Made by a program: the position numbers and the translations under genes. Under the pieces are notes generated by a model. The model saw only the letters and a program-made list of their open reading frames with translations, searched no databases and was not told the DNA's origin. From Opitutia bacterium UBA5964 (GTDB lineage Bacteria; Verrucomicrobiota; Verrucomicrobiia; Opitutales; Coraliomargaritaceae), in the NCBI GenBank assembly GCA_002430605.1, contig DJBY01000111.1, positions 37,691 through 94,377 of the forward strand: a DNA stretch of 56,687 bases, in the 5' to 3' direction. This document shows positions 37,450 through 52,121 of the stretch, piece after piece; the first letter of the stretch is position 1; every line of letters begins with the position of its first letter.

Positions 37450-38931
37450 CTAGCGACTAATTAGTTCGCTGATCGTGAGTGTGGCATTGGGGCAGTCCTT
37501 TAAACTGATGATTCCGTCTAAATAGGTGCGTAGTTCGGGGGTGTGCTGCACGACCAGTTCGGCACCGTCATTGTTACCGTAGGATTGGAATGTCTGCTTA
37601 AATGCGCCGAGCGTAATAGATTCAAGCGGGTGCCCTGGTTGATAGGCATGGTCGCGTTCGTCTTCGATTGATTTGATGGCGACTGCGGTGAGGTAGCCGA
37701 GTTCGCACAGGCGGTTGATACTTGAATTTAATATGTGGCTGGGCACACGCAGCTTTTTGTGGAGCTCGCTGGCGCGTGAAGGGGAATCGCCAGCTTGAAA
37801 GCGCTTGCCGACGAGAATCAGTACGGCAAGTGAAATGATCTCTTGAGTGTGTTCACTGGTTTTTTGCCAGGCATTCTCATTCGTCAGATAATCAGCGTTC
37901 TGCACTGCGTAGGTTATCTGACCTCCGAATAGGATGAGCAACCAAAAGACGTAGAGCCCAAGCATGAGCACAACGATGATGCCGACTGAGCCGTAGAGGC
38001 TGCGGGTATCGATCACACGCTGCACATATAAAAATGAGAGCATGTTATACAGCTGGAGCAATACGACGACTAGGGTTGCTCCGGTGAAGGCTGCCTTCCA
38101 ATTAACTTGTGTATTGGGGATAAAACGAAAGAAGACCGCCAGAAGCGTAGCGATTAGAATAAAAGCAATGATGGGGCTCAAGAAGAGCGCAAGGGATAGG
38201 AATTCGCCGCCGAAGGGCAGACGCTCCATTAATTGTGCGATCTTTGAGACTGTGACCAAGGTCAGCGCTGCCGCGCCCATGACCGCTCCGAGGCTGATAA
38301 AAGTCCAATACACCACGATGCGCTCGCCGAGTTTTCGGCCTTGGTCGACGCCCCAGAGAGAGTTGAACGAGGCTTCAATCGACGAGAGTACTTGAATGCC
38401 GATCACGAACAACATGAGCGAGCCGACGACGCCGACAGTGCCTGACTGTGCCGCTGCGATGAAGCTGTTGATCATCTCGGTAATTTCAGGGGCTAACTCA
38501 GCGTTATCAATATCATCATCGTTGGTATCGATTGAGAGTTGAGGTGCAGCGTAGCTGATCGCAGTTTCAATCCATTCCACTGCACGATTTTCGGCGGGTG
38601 ATTCGCCATTAGTCGGATTCGCTGGAGATTGGTCGATCACGAAGCTGGAGACCATGATACCCAGTGCGATGAGCGGGCCAATGCCGATTAGCGAATAGAA
38701 GGTTAACGCAGCCGACTGCACTGGTAGTTTATTCCGGCGGAGCCCTTGAAATGTGAGCGTGAGGATGCGCAGTAAGAGATAGAAGCGAGCGCGTGCTGTT
38801 TTACGGCCGAGGTGCTCTAGCTCCCAAATATCTTTGTCCATCAGGTCGCGGGTGCGCGACAATTGCTTGCGCATGCGCACTGACCAGTTGGCCTCTGTTT
38901 GCGGAGGCGTGGCGTGTTCTTTGCTAGTCAA
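37450..38931 (-). CDS. YihY/BrkB family inner-membrane protein with C-terminal winged-helix extension
   Basis: SAALTFYSLIGIGPL, IEASFNSLWGV, FIPNTQVNWKAAFTGA, LYGSVGII..LYVFWLLILFG; C-terminal HTH-like ELHKKLRVP..LCELGYL. Confidence 0.88.
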   Translation of the reverse strand: MTSKEHATPPQTEANWSVRMRKQLSRTRDLMDKDIWELEHLGRKTARARFYLLLRILTLTFQGLRRNKLPVQSAALTFYSLIGIGPLIALGIMVSSFVIDQSPANPTNGESPAENRAVEWIETAISYAAPQLSIDTNDDDIDNAELAPEITEMINSFIAAAQSGTVGVVGSLMLFVIGIQVLSSIEASFNSLWGVDQGRKLGERIVVYWTFISLGAVMGAAALTLVTVSKIAQLMERLPFGGEFLSLALFLSPIIAFILIATLLAVFFRFIPNTQVNWKAAFTGATLVVVLLQLYNMLSFLYVQRVIDTRSLYGSVGIIVVLMLGLYVFWLLILFGGQITYAVQNADYLTNENAWQKTSEHTQEIISLAVLILVGKRFQAGDSPSRASELHKKLRVPSHILNSSINRLCELGYLTAVAIKSIEDERDHAYQPGHPLESITLGAFKQTFQSYGNNDGAELVVQHTPELRTYLDGIISLKDCPNATLTISELISR

Positions 38932-38949
38932 AATAATTCGCTACGAGTG

Positions 38950-39771
38950 TCATCCGGTCGGTATCAGCTCGAAATACATGCTATCGAAAAATCCTGCGAA
39001 GTGGCCGACAATTGCCAGGTAGGCGAGGGCTGCGTTGCCGCCGATGCCGAGTGTTATAGCCACGAGCATGGTCGAGTAGCTTTGCGCGATGGTTGCGTAA
39101 AAAATACCAAAACCAGCCATTGCGGATGCGAGTAGGATCATCGGATCGCCGAGTGCCCAGCCGACATAGATGCCAAAGCCGAGTGTGAGCATGGCGCGGC
39201 CACGTAGTAGTGGGTAGATCTCAGTGACGGCGAGGAACAAGAAGGCCGCCATGATGAAATCAAAGAGTCCGACAATGATGAATGGGTAGTTGAAGATCGT
39301 GCTCGCTGCTGCTCCTGAGATGGCTTCGTTGATGACGGAGAGGTGCGGTGCGAGCAGGGTGACAGCTGAGAGCATCATCATTATACCAATGCTGCTGGTC
39401 GAGAGTGCCGCGGCTTTTTGAAAGCTTTGTTCTTTCTTTTTAAGGTGGCGTGTCCCCTCAGAGTCGCGTTCGGCTGCTGCGAGCATGTCGGTGACTTTGA
39501 TGCCACCTTGTTCTACTCGTGCGTTCGTCTCAGCTTCAGGTGCATCGTCTGTTTTTTGATGGACTTTAAGGGAGAGTTTCTCGCGATCTGGAAAGACCTC
39601 AGCCTTGAGTTGTTTGTTCAATGCGATGGGGATCCACTCTTCTTTGTTTTCGTCGTAGTGGAGCGTATTCTCTGTAATTTGACCCGCTTCAGCTAAGGTC
39701 AAAAGTTGTGTAGCATCGAAGGGCCCACGAGATTCTTCGCGGTCGGGAGTGCGGATGTAGTAGTCTGCCAT
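38950..39771 (-). CDS. GYF_2 (DUF4339) domain membrane protein
   Basis: N-terminal YYI..SRGPF..QLLTLAEAGQITENTL.Y....EEW pattern of GYF_2; several C-terminal hydrophobic helices. Confidence 0.7.
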   Translation of the reverse strand: MADYYIRTPDREESRGPFDATQLLTLAEAGQITENTLHYDENKEEWIPIALNKQLKAEVFPDREKLSLKVHQKTDDAPEAETNARVEQGGIKVTDMLAAAERDSEGTRHLKKKEQSFQKAAALSTSSIGIMMMLSAVTLLAPHLSVINEAISGAAASTIFNYPFIIVGLFDFIMAAFLFLAVTEIYPLLRGRAMLTLGFGIYVGWALGDPMILLASAMAGFGIFYATIAQSYSTMLVAITLGIGGNAALAYLAIVGHFAGFFDSMYFELIPTG

Positions 39772-39913
39772 GATTTGAAGTGGTGCGACTTTGCTGCTGA
39801 GCTTGGCTGAGCAATCTTGGAATGGCATATAGGAAGTCATTCAAACGCCCCCTCAGCAAGCGAAAATAAATGATTCTGCGCTTCGCCTCTTGTTTATCGA
39901 TCTTTCGTGAAGC

Positions 39914-39946
39914 AAAAAAAGCCCTTCGGCGAACCGAAGGGCTTTT
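39914..39946 (-). terminator. Rho-independent terminator after ppdK
   Basis: AAAAGCCCTTCGG-CGAA-CCGAAGGGCTTTT perfect stem; loop reads UUCG on the minus strand, followed by a U7 tract. Confidence 0.9.
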
Positions 39947-39975
39947 GAATTAAAATGTGACTGAGTGGATCCAGA

Positions 39976-42735
<2,760 letters not shown>

Positions 42736-42945
42736 AATAAACGACCTAGATGGGATCAATTTGATTACTGAGGGGCTCCATTTCTGAATTTTCCCAGCAG
42801 AAAGAAACCATTTAGCAAATGAATTTCGCCATGCCTGTCAATGGATTACAAGTTCTGAGGTCGGTCTCATAGAATGATTTAATTATTCGGCGCATTTTCA
42901 GTGTTGCGGTTACACTGTGGTCTTATTCAAAAGTGTGTATTATCT

Positions 42946-43809
42946 ATGACGGAATATCCAAACAGTGACGAAGACGATTTTTCAATCAGTGCCGAAGGCG
43001 AGTTTGATTGGGACGATGGGTTACAGCCAGATCCGGAAGAGGGCGGAATGTCCTTCTTGGAGCATCTGGAGGATTTTCGTTGGACGGTCGGCCGTAGTAT
43101 TTTGGCGTTCCTCCTCGGTGTTGTGATCGTTGGTTGCTTAATGCCGGATGTCGGGGCATTTCTGCAGATGCCTTTGATTCAGGCTTATGGCTCCGCGGAG
43201 TTGGTCGGAGAGAAGTTGATTACTTATAAGCCGATGGGTGTCTTTTCGGTGTTTATTCAGATCGCGTTGTTGGGGGGCTTAGTCCTGTCGATGCCTTTTG
43301 TTCTGTATTTTATGGCGTGCTTCATCGCTCCGGGGTTGACGGATCGGGAGCGCAAAGTGGTGCGTCCTGCTTGTTTCGCTGCATTTGTCTTATTCCTTTC
43401 AGGGGTGGCGGTCGCATTTTATGCGATTCTGCCGCTCACGCTGGCTTTCTCGGTTAAGTTCAACCAAGTGATGGGCTTTCAGGTGCTGTTGGCCGCGTCG
43501 GAATATTATAATATGGTTGTCTGGTTTTCCTTGGCGACGGGCGCGATTTTTCAGTTTCCGCTGATTATAGTGATCTTGATCTTTATGCAGGTGTTAGCGG
43601 TTGAGAAACTGAAGGCGATTCGTCGGGCGGTCTTTGTCGCGACGATGATCTTTGCTGCACTGTTAACTCCTGGAGGCGATTTTCTATCTCTGCCGCTAAC
43701 GACTGCGATTCTATATGGACTCTACGAGTTGGCGATCTTAGTCGGTTCACGTATCGAGAAAAAACGCCGCGCGATTGAACTCGCTGAGCTTGAGGTTGAT
43801 GAATTATAG
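42946..43809 (+). CDS. tatC: Twin-arginine translocase subunit TatC
   Basis: [43 protein letters not shown]. Confidence 0.93.
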   Translation: MTEYPNSDEDDFSISAEGEFDWDDGLQPDPEEGGMSFLEHLEDFRWTVGRSILAFLLGVVIVGCLMPDVGAFLQMPLIQAYGSAELVGEKLITYKPMGVFSVFIQIALLGGLVLSMPFVLYFMACFIAPGLTDRERKVVRPACFAAFVLFLSGVAVAFYAILPLTLAFSVKFNQVMGFQVLLAASEYYNMVVWFSLATGAIFQFPLIIVILIFMQVLAVEKLKAIRRAVFVATMIFAALLTPGGDFLSLPLTTAILYGLYELAILVGSRIEKKRRAIELAELEVDEL

Positions 43810-44051
43810 CTGTCCCGCATTGTTGGGGAGTTGCGCACTCAGCGGGCGTCGTGGGGCCGCCGTCCTGAGATGGGCAAGGTTGATGGGGACCGCAGCTAAT
43901 GGTTTTAGGGGCAATGTGGACGACGCGCAGGTCATCGCTCCCTGTGATTCTACTCCTAACGCTCGGCGCTAGGCACTCGGTCTGCTGAGTGCCACCTCTG
44001 ACCGAGTCGCAACCAGTGTATTTCTCCGCCATCGCCGAACAGCGCACGCAC

Positions 44052-44089
44052 AAAAAAAAGGCCGCATCCTGAATGCAGGATGCGGCCTT
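44052..44089 (-). terminator. Rho-independent terminator
   Basis: AAGGCCGCATCCTG-AATG-CAGGATGCGGCCTT perfect stem, with a U8 tract on the minus strand. Confidence 0.88.
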
Positions 44090-44118
44090 GTCTCGAAATT
44101 AACTTACAGCAGTGAAAT

Positions 44119-44367
44119 CTACTGAGCTGCTTTGTTGCGCTTACGTTGATCGACAAGAACGAGCATGAACATGTGGCATGCAAACCAGAACGTTGCACTG
44201 ATCGGGATCGCGGTGAAGCAAGCCTGTAGCTGTGCAACTGTCGGATCAGTCGAAAAAGTGAATGGGCGCAATAGAAACGACATTAGGATGAAGACTCCAA
44301 GTGTGAGAATCGCTCCAAGAGCGATGTGGCCTTTAGTGAGTAGTTTCTGGTAAGGTGCGTTTTCCAT
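44119..44367 (-). CDS. Small membrane protein (two TM helices), hypothetical
   Basis: 82 aa with two hydrophobic segments and a basic C terminus; upstream TTGACA (44401-44406) and its own terminator. Confidence 0.75.
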   Translation of the reverse strand: MENAPYQKLLTKGHIALGAILTLGVFILMSFLLRPFTFSTDPTVAQLQACFTAIPISATFWFACHMFMLVLVDQRKRNKAAQ

Positions 44368-44554
44368 TTGTGCGCATCAGAAAATGCAGTCAGGGACGAC
44401 TGTCAAAGCGAAATTTATCAATTACATAAGGAGACGCCATAAGATCTGGTGTCTTTTTATGGCGCTAGAGCCGTTTCTGTTGAATTTATCGCTTGAACTC
44501 GGGTGCGCACTGCGCAATTTACCAAGTTTTTCTAATTCCCATTCGCGATATTTT

Positions 44555-45016
44555 ATGAGCGCATTATTCATCAGCCTTCTCACTCTAGTTCTTATTCTTA
44601 TTTCTGCTTTCGTCATCCTGCTGGTCTTGATGCAACGCACTAGCCAGAGCGGAGGGATGGGAGCGGCGCTTGGAGGCGGTGCGGCTGAGTCGGCATTTGG
44701 TTCGAATACGACTAATATCCTGACTAAGGGCACTATTTATGGTATCATTGCTTTCTTCTTAGTGGCATTGGGCTTGTTTCTAATGTATCAATCTGAGGCG
44801 TCCAATCGTACACAGGTCGTCAGTGCGGGTGAGTTAATTAGCTCTGAAGAGGTGGCTCTTGTGGCTGAGACTGTTGAGGCTGTGGTTGAAGATGTTGTTG
44901 CTGTCGTTGAAGACGCAGGGGGAACAATTGAAGCGGTGGTCGAGTCTGTTGAAGTGGTTGCTCCAGTCGCTGACGTAGAAGCGTCAACGACTGAGACTGT
45001 GCCGACTTCAAATTAA
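44555..45016 (+). CDS. secG: Preprotein translocase subunit SecG with long acidic tail
   Basis: [27 protein letters not shown] between two TM helices. ATG 44555. Confidence 0.92.
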   Translation: MSALFISLLTLVLILISAFVILLVLMQRTSQSGGMGAALGGGAAESAFGSNTTNILTKGTIYGIIAFFLVALGLFLMYQSEASNRTQVVSAGELISSEEVALVAETVEAVVEDVVAVVEDAGGTIEAVVESVEVVAPVADVEASTTETVPTSN

Positions 45017-45951
45017 TGCATTTAATAAAGATACCTACATTTTTCTTTAGACTAAGGTCAGCTGTTCTAGGTTTTGCTGCAGCTGGCCTTTTCTATGCCT
45101 GTTTGCCTAGTGTCTCTAATGCCCAGCGTGCTGGAGATAGTGGTCCGCGGCCTTCGATTATGCAGAAGATTGATGCAGAGGAGGGAGCCAAGCGTATCGC
45201 GTCTTTTCGAGCGCAACGCTTGAGTGGCGATTTTTGTTTCAAGTTTCAGTTGGAGCATAAACCGAAGGGTAGCAGTAGAACTGTCCGATATAATGGTGTC
45301 ATGTTTGGTTCGTGGAATGAGCGTGGGCCTGTCAGCCGGTTTCAATTATATCCGCAGCGGGTGAAGCGGGGTGAACTAGTTGAGGTTTCTCCGATTGAGT
45401 TGATCGTGCAAAACGGTGTGTCGCCTGAAGTATGGATGCGTCATGACGCTGCCGAACCATTTGCGCGCATTAAAGATGGGGCGTTGTTTGAGCCTATCTT
45501 TGATGGTGTGATTTACACCCCATTTGATTTGCAAATGCCATTCATTTATTGGGATGACTATACATATGAGGGGCCCGCGAATGTCTTGAGTCGCATCGGG
45601 CAGCGTTTTCTCATGAAGTCACCTGCCGGGTCATTGTCTGCTCGACATGGAATCTCAGGCGTGCGGATCGCCTTAGACGATATGTATTATGGCTTACTTG
45701 GAGTTGAAGTGTTTGGTGTGAATGGTGAGCCACGTTCCGAGTTCACGCTACGAAGCTTTCAGAAAGTGCAGGGGCAGTATATCGTAAAGGAAATCGTATT
45801 GTCTGAAATCGACGGTGGTGAAGTTCAAGGCTCCACTGGCTTCAAGGTAAAGCAAGCAAGCGTTGGTTTAATTTTTGATGCGGCGGTCTTTGATCCCAAC
45901 TGTGATGTGGATGCTCCAGAAATTTCTGCGGCACTTTTTGATGTGTTGTAA
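45016..45951 (+). CDS. Exported protein, probable LolA-like (outer-membrane lipoprotein-sorting) fold
   Basis: Signal peptide; beta-rich; FEPIFDGVIYTPFDL and FQKVQGQYIVKEI resemble LolA_like family patterns; TAATG coupling to secG. Confidence 0.55.
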   Translation: MHLIKIPTFFFRLRSAVLGFAAAGLFYACLPSVSNAQRAGDSGPRPSIMQKIDAEEGAKRIASFRAQRLSGDFCFKFQLEHKPKGSSRTVRYNGVMFGSWNERGPVSRFQLYPQRVKRGELVEVSPIELIVQNGVSPEVWMRHDAAEPFARIKDGALFEPIFDGVIYTPFDLQMPFIYWDDYTYEGPANVLSRIGQRFLMKSPAGSLSARHGISGVRIALDDMYYGLLGVEVFGVNGEPRSEFTLRSFQKVQGQYIVKEIVLSEIDGGEVQGSTGFKVKQASVGLIFDAAVFDPNCDVDAPEISAALFDVL

Positions 45952-46053
45952 GTTTAATGTGGCTGTTTTTTTGCGGGGATATTTGTGTAAATCTATTGTA
46001 TTGACATAGTTGCTACATTTTGCATTTTCGCTCGTGTCGCATGCGACGTAATT

Positions 46054-46758
46054 ATGAGTAGCGAAACTACTAGCCCTTTAACTTTCGACCTCCAACAAGA
46101 ACTGCTTGATAAGCTCAAGCAGTTACAAAAAAAAGTCGGAGCACGCTCACTTAGCGAAGTTGTTCGCTATGCAGTGAGTATTTTTGATTCTTCAGATCTT
46201 GATCTGAAAACACCCTCTCACCGTCAGATCTCCGTGCGTTTATCTTCAGAACTTCGTCAGCGACTTGCTCGCTTGAGTAAGCAGAAGCAGATAAGCGTGG
46301 GTGAACTGTTGCGAGCAGCGCTCGAATCTCTACCAGCCGAATTATCGGATTTCAACCCCCAACAAACTATGCCTAAGAAAACAACTACTAAGAAAGCGAC
46401 CAAGAAAATCGCTACAAAAGCTCCAGCCAAAAAGGCTGTTAAGAAGAAGGTAGCTCCTAAAAAAGCTACAAAAACGGCAGTCGCTAAAAAAGCAGCGCCA
46501 ACAAAGAAGGCAGTCAAAAAAGCAGCACCTAAAAAAGCTGTAAAGAAGGCAGCGCCTAAAAAAGCAGCAGCTAAAAAAGCTGTAAAAAAGGCAGCACCTA
46601 AAAAAGCCGTCCAAAAGAAGGCGGTAAAGAAGGTCGCTAAAAAAGCTGTGAAAAAGGCTGCTCCTAAGAAAGCGGTTAACCAGGCGGCTCCTAAGCAGGC
46701 TGTTAACAAGGCGGCTCCTAAGAAGAAAGCTGCCAAGAAAAAGGCGAAGAAGAAGTAA
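46054..46758 (+). CDS. Tandem ribbon-helix-helix (CopG-like) protein fused to a histone H1-like PAKK/KKA tail
   Basis: LTFDLQQELLDKL..SLSEVVRYAV and ISVRLSSELRQRL..SVGELLRAAL are two RHH patterns; residues 106-234 are KKAAPKKAV repeats. Confidence 0.8.
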   Translation: MSSETTSPLTFDLQQELLDKLKQLQKKVGARSLSEVVRYAVSIFDSSDLDLKTPSHRQISVRLSSELRQRLARLSKQKQISVGELLRAALESLPAELSDFNPQQTMPKKTTTKKATKKIATKAPAKKAVKKKVAPKKATKTAVAKKAAPTKKAVKKAAPKKAVKKAAPKKAAAKKAVKKAAPKKAVQKKAVKKVAKKAVKKAAPKKAVNQAAPKQAVNKAAPKKKAAKKKAKKK

Positions 46759-46874
46759 TCGCGTTTTCCTAGAATACTAGGCTAGGCTTGCTTTTGCTTA
46801 GGCAGAGGTTTTGATTCTGCGCTCTCGATACGTTGCTAACTGTGCAAACGTATCGAGAGCGCATTTTTTTTGTC

Positions 46875-48065
46875 ATGACTAACCAAACAAAACTATCCTC
46901 CTGGGCCAGCAACATCGCTCCGTCGCCGACGCTGGCTGTTGATTCTAAAGCAAAAGAGCTCAAAGCAGCCGGCGAAGACGTCTGCGGCTTTGGTGCTGGT
47001 GAACCGGATTTCGATACTCCAGAGTTTATTAAAGAGGCATGTATTCAGGCGATCCGTGAGGGTAAGACCAAATATGCGCCTGCACCGGGCATTCCGGCGC
47101 TGCGCGAGGCATTGGCGCAGCACTACCGTACAAACAATGGCGTCGAGGGTGTGACTGCCGCTCAAATCGTCGTCAGCCCTGGCGGTAAGTATTCCTGCTA
47201 CCTCGCGATTCTGGCCGTGGTGAGCCCTGGCGACGAAGTCATTATCCCTGCGCCGTATTGGGTGAGCTATCCTGAAATGGTCAAACTCGCTGGCGGTGTG
47301 CCGAAGACAGTCTTTGCTGGCATGGACAGTGGTTTTAAGATTACACCTGAGCAATTGCGCGAGGCGATCACCCCGAAGACTCGTCTGGTGATTATCAACA
47401 GCCCGTCCAACCCAACAGGTGCAATCTATTCCTCGGACGAGCTTAAAGCGCTCACAGCAGTCGCGGTTGCAGCGGGCATCTACATCATGTCTGACGAGAT
47501 CTATGAGTATCTGCTTTATGATGGTGTGAAGCACGTCAGCCCAGCGTCCTTCTCCAAAGCAGCAGCGGATCTGGTGATCACAGTTGCTGGCTTCAGTAAA
47601 ACGTTCTCGATGACTGGTTGGCGCCTTGGCACATTGATGGCTCCTTTGCCAATCGCTAAGGCGGTGGCGGATTTACAGAGCCAAACCAGCTCGAATGCCA
47701 CTACATTTGCACAATACGGTGCGCTGGCTGCGATGCAGAACTGGGATAAGTCGATGGCTGCAGTCAACGGTATGCTCGAAGTCTTTGATGCCCGTCGTCT
47801 GCGTCTGCTCGAAGGTTTGCGTGCGATTCCAGGTGTTGAGTGCGCGCGCGCACAAGGTGCGTTCTATCTCTTCCCCAACATTGCGAAGCTTGGTTTAACT
47901 GATAGCGAATTTGCGGCACGTATCCTTGAAGAGGAAAAGGTCGCGGTCGTCCCTGGTAGTGCATTTGGAGCCGACGGCTACATTCGCCTTAGCTATGCGA
48001 CTTCCGACGATGTCATTGATAAGGGGCTCGAACGTCTTGCCCGTTTCTGCGCCAAACTAGGCTAA
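46875..48065 (+). CDS. aspC: PLP-dependent aminotransferase class I/II (aspartate aminotransferase-like)
   Basis: [46 protein letters not shown]. Confidence 0.9.
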   Translation: MTNQTKLSSWASNIAPSPTLAVDSKAKELKAAGEDVCGFGAGEPDFDTPEFIKEACIQAIREGKTKYAPAPGIPALREALAQHYRTNNGVEGVTAAQIVVSPGGKYSCYLAILAVVSPGDEVIIPAPYWVSYPEMVKLAGGVPKTVFAGMDSGFKITPEQLREAITPKTRLVIINSPSNPTGAIYSSDELKALTAVAVAAGIYIMSDEIYEYLLYDGVKHVSPASFSKAAADLVITVAGFSKTFSMTGWRLGTLMAPLPIAKAVADLQSQTSSNATTFAQYGALAAMQNWDKSMAAVNGMLEVFDARRLRLLEGLRAIPGVECARAQGAFYLFPNIAKLGLTDSEFAARILEEEKVAVVPGSAFGADGYIRLSYATSDDVIDKGLERLARFCAKLG

Positions 48066-48068
48066 ACC

Positions 48069-48096
48069 AAAGGCGGACAAAACTGTCCGCCTTTTT
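48069..48096 (+). terminator. Rho-independent terminator
   Basis: AAAGGCGGACA-AAAC-TGTCCGCCTTTTT. Confidence 0.88.
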
Positions 48097-48133
48097 GTTG
48101 TCAGTCTTTAAGACGCAGCTGTTTATTTTTTAA

Positions 48134-50380
<2,247 letters not shown>

Positions 50381-50402
50381 GACAGTCATCCATTTGAAAT
50401 TC

Positions 50403-50434
50403 AAAAGCCGCCGTTGCGAGACGGGGGCTTTTTT
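50403..50434 (+). terminator. Rho-independent terminator after icd
   Basis: AAAAGCCGCCGT-TGCGAG-ACGGGGGCTTTTTT (one mismatch). Confidence 0.75.
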
Positions 50435-50769
50435 GTGTCTGGATTCCAGTGTTTGAAAACTTTTTTGAACGCTGGGGCCTTAAACACGTCTAAGCTTACA
50501 TATAAACTTAGTATGTAGTAACTTTGTTTGTTGTTTGTTAAGAAGCGTCGTCCGATTGATCGGGTGGCGCTTTTTGTTGGGCACTATTGAGCAATCAATG
50601 CTGCAGCCCGACGCAAGTGTTTGTGCCGCGAATGTCGGTACAGAGTTGAATTTCGATACTGACTGAAAAGAGGCGATTTGAGAAGATTGGAAGCAGAAAG
50701 TAGGTTGAGCTTGATTGTGACTGATTCTTGCGAGCGAGAAGAAAGTCACTACTATTATTATTATTTTAT

Positions 50770-51255
50770 ATGAATATTTATCTTTTACGCCATGCTCAAG
50801 CCGAGTCGAGCTATCCAGATAGTCAACGCATCCTTAGTGCAAAAGGGCGAGCCGATGCCGAGCGACTGGGGCTGTTTTTGCAATCGAAGGAGACGGCTCT
50901 GCCTGCGGTGTTGTGGTGCAGCCCGTATCGACGGGCGCAGGAGACCGCAGCAATTATCTTGAATGCTTGGGGACATACGCTTGAGCAGCGCCGAGATGAG
51001 GCGTACCTAGAGCCTGACATGAACCCAGCATCTGTGGCTCAGGAATTGTTAGAGTTAGAGCGAGATGTGCTGGTGGTGGGGCATAATCCGAATATTACGA
51101 TTCTAGCTTCGCTGCTTCTGAGTGCCGAGCGCGGGCGCACGCGGATCAACTTTAACACCTGCAATATGGCTTGCTTAACGGTGTCCCCGATTCTGAATTT
51201 TGGCGAAGTCGGGCCGTGTGAGTTGAGTTGGATGCTGGACCCGCGGATGTTGTAG
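50770..51255 (+). CDS. sixA: Phosphohistidine phosphatase SixA
   Basis: YLLRHAQA..R.LS.KG, CSPYRRAQETA, LVVGHNP. Confidence 0.88.
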   Translation: MNIYLLRHAQAESSYPDSQRILSAKGRADAERLGLFLQSKETALPAVLWCSPYRRAQETAAIILNAWGHTLEQRRDEAYLEPDMNPASVAQELLELERDVLVVGHNPNITILASLLLSAERGRTRINFNTCNMACLTVSPILNFGEVGPCELSWMLDPRML

Positions 51256-51315
51256 CTTTTTTATTGCTTATGAGGTTGAGTGCCGCACGCCCTTTCCGTT
51301 TGGTGTGCGTCCATG

Positions 51316-51891
51316 ATGAGCACAGAAACAGATTTACAGCAACGCAGTGGATGCACTTGCGAGTTATGCGGCGCGACCGAGAATTTGGCAGTTTACGAAG
51401 TGCCGCCTACATCCAATAGCACTGCAGACGAAGCGCTGCTGCTCTGTGGCACATGTCGGGAGCAGATCGCTGCTTCCGAACAAGTGGATGTACACCATTG
51501 GCGCTGCTTGAATGAAAGTATGTGGAGCGAGGTGCCGGCGGTGCAGGTCATGGCATGGCGACTGTTGAGTCGTCTCAGTACAAACGAGGCATGGGCACAG
51601 GATTTGCTCGATACGCTGTTTCTCGAAGACGAAGTTCAGTCGTGGGCCGAAGCCGAAGCTAAAGAGGCGGATGCGGTGCTCAAGTATATTGATTGTAATG
51701 GCGCGTTGCTCGAAGCGGGAGACACTGTGACATTAGTCAAAGATTTGGTCGTGAAAGGCGGCGGATTTACCGCGAAGCGAGGCACCGCGGTGCGTCGAAT
51801 TTTACTGGATCCCAAAAATGCGGAGCATATCGAAGGCCGCGTGAATGGTCAGCATATCGTTATTCTGACGAAATATGTGAAGAAGGCTTAG
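51316..51891 (+). CDS. phnA: PhnA-family protein (zinc-ribbon N terminus plus PhnA domain)
   Basis: CELCG..LCGTC, HWRCLNESMWSEVPAVQV, DCNGALLEAGDTVTLVKDLVVKG. Confidence 0.85.
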   Translation: MSTETDLQQRSGCTCELCGATENLAVYEVPPTSNSTADEALLLCGTCREQIAASEQVDVHHWRCLNESMWSEVPAVQVMAWRLLSRLSTNEAWAQDLLDTLFLEDEVQSWAEAEAKEADAVLKYIDCNGALLEAGDTVTLVKDLVVKGGGFTAKRGTAVRRILLDPKNAEHIEGRVNGQHIVILTKYVKKA

Positions 51892-52121
51892 CGCCTTTGG
51901 TCCCGCGGCATGGCTCATGCGGTAAATGGTGACAGTAGTAGAGTAGTATGGCTATCGGTAGTCTCGATCGTTGCTACTGTGACGCCATTAATATATGAGG
52001 TCTCATGCGCGGTGTTTTAAGCAGAGGATTTCAGAGGTTGTAACTATGTGTCGTTTGAAACTATAAATGCAGTGTGAATCGAGTTTGTTTTTATCGTTTT
52101 TTGCGTTAATAAAAGAGTGTT

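Noticed and set aside
43808-44015. Structured RNA or riboswitch after tatC
   Set aside because: Only imperfect GC-rich hairpins between convergent genes, more like decayed REP units; no known aptamer motif recognised.
46257-46736. 159-aa Phe/Ala-rich membrane protein, or a CRISPR-like repeat array
   Set aside because: It is the antisense reading of the KKAAP coding repeats; the repeats vary at synonymous positions and have no spacers.
50480-50749. 89-aa minus-strand ORF between icd and sixA
   Set aside because: AT-rich intergenic composition, no motifs, overlaps the likely sixA promoter region.
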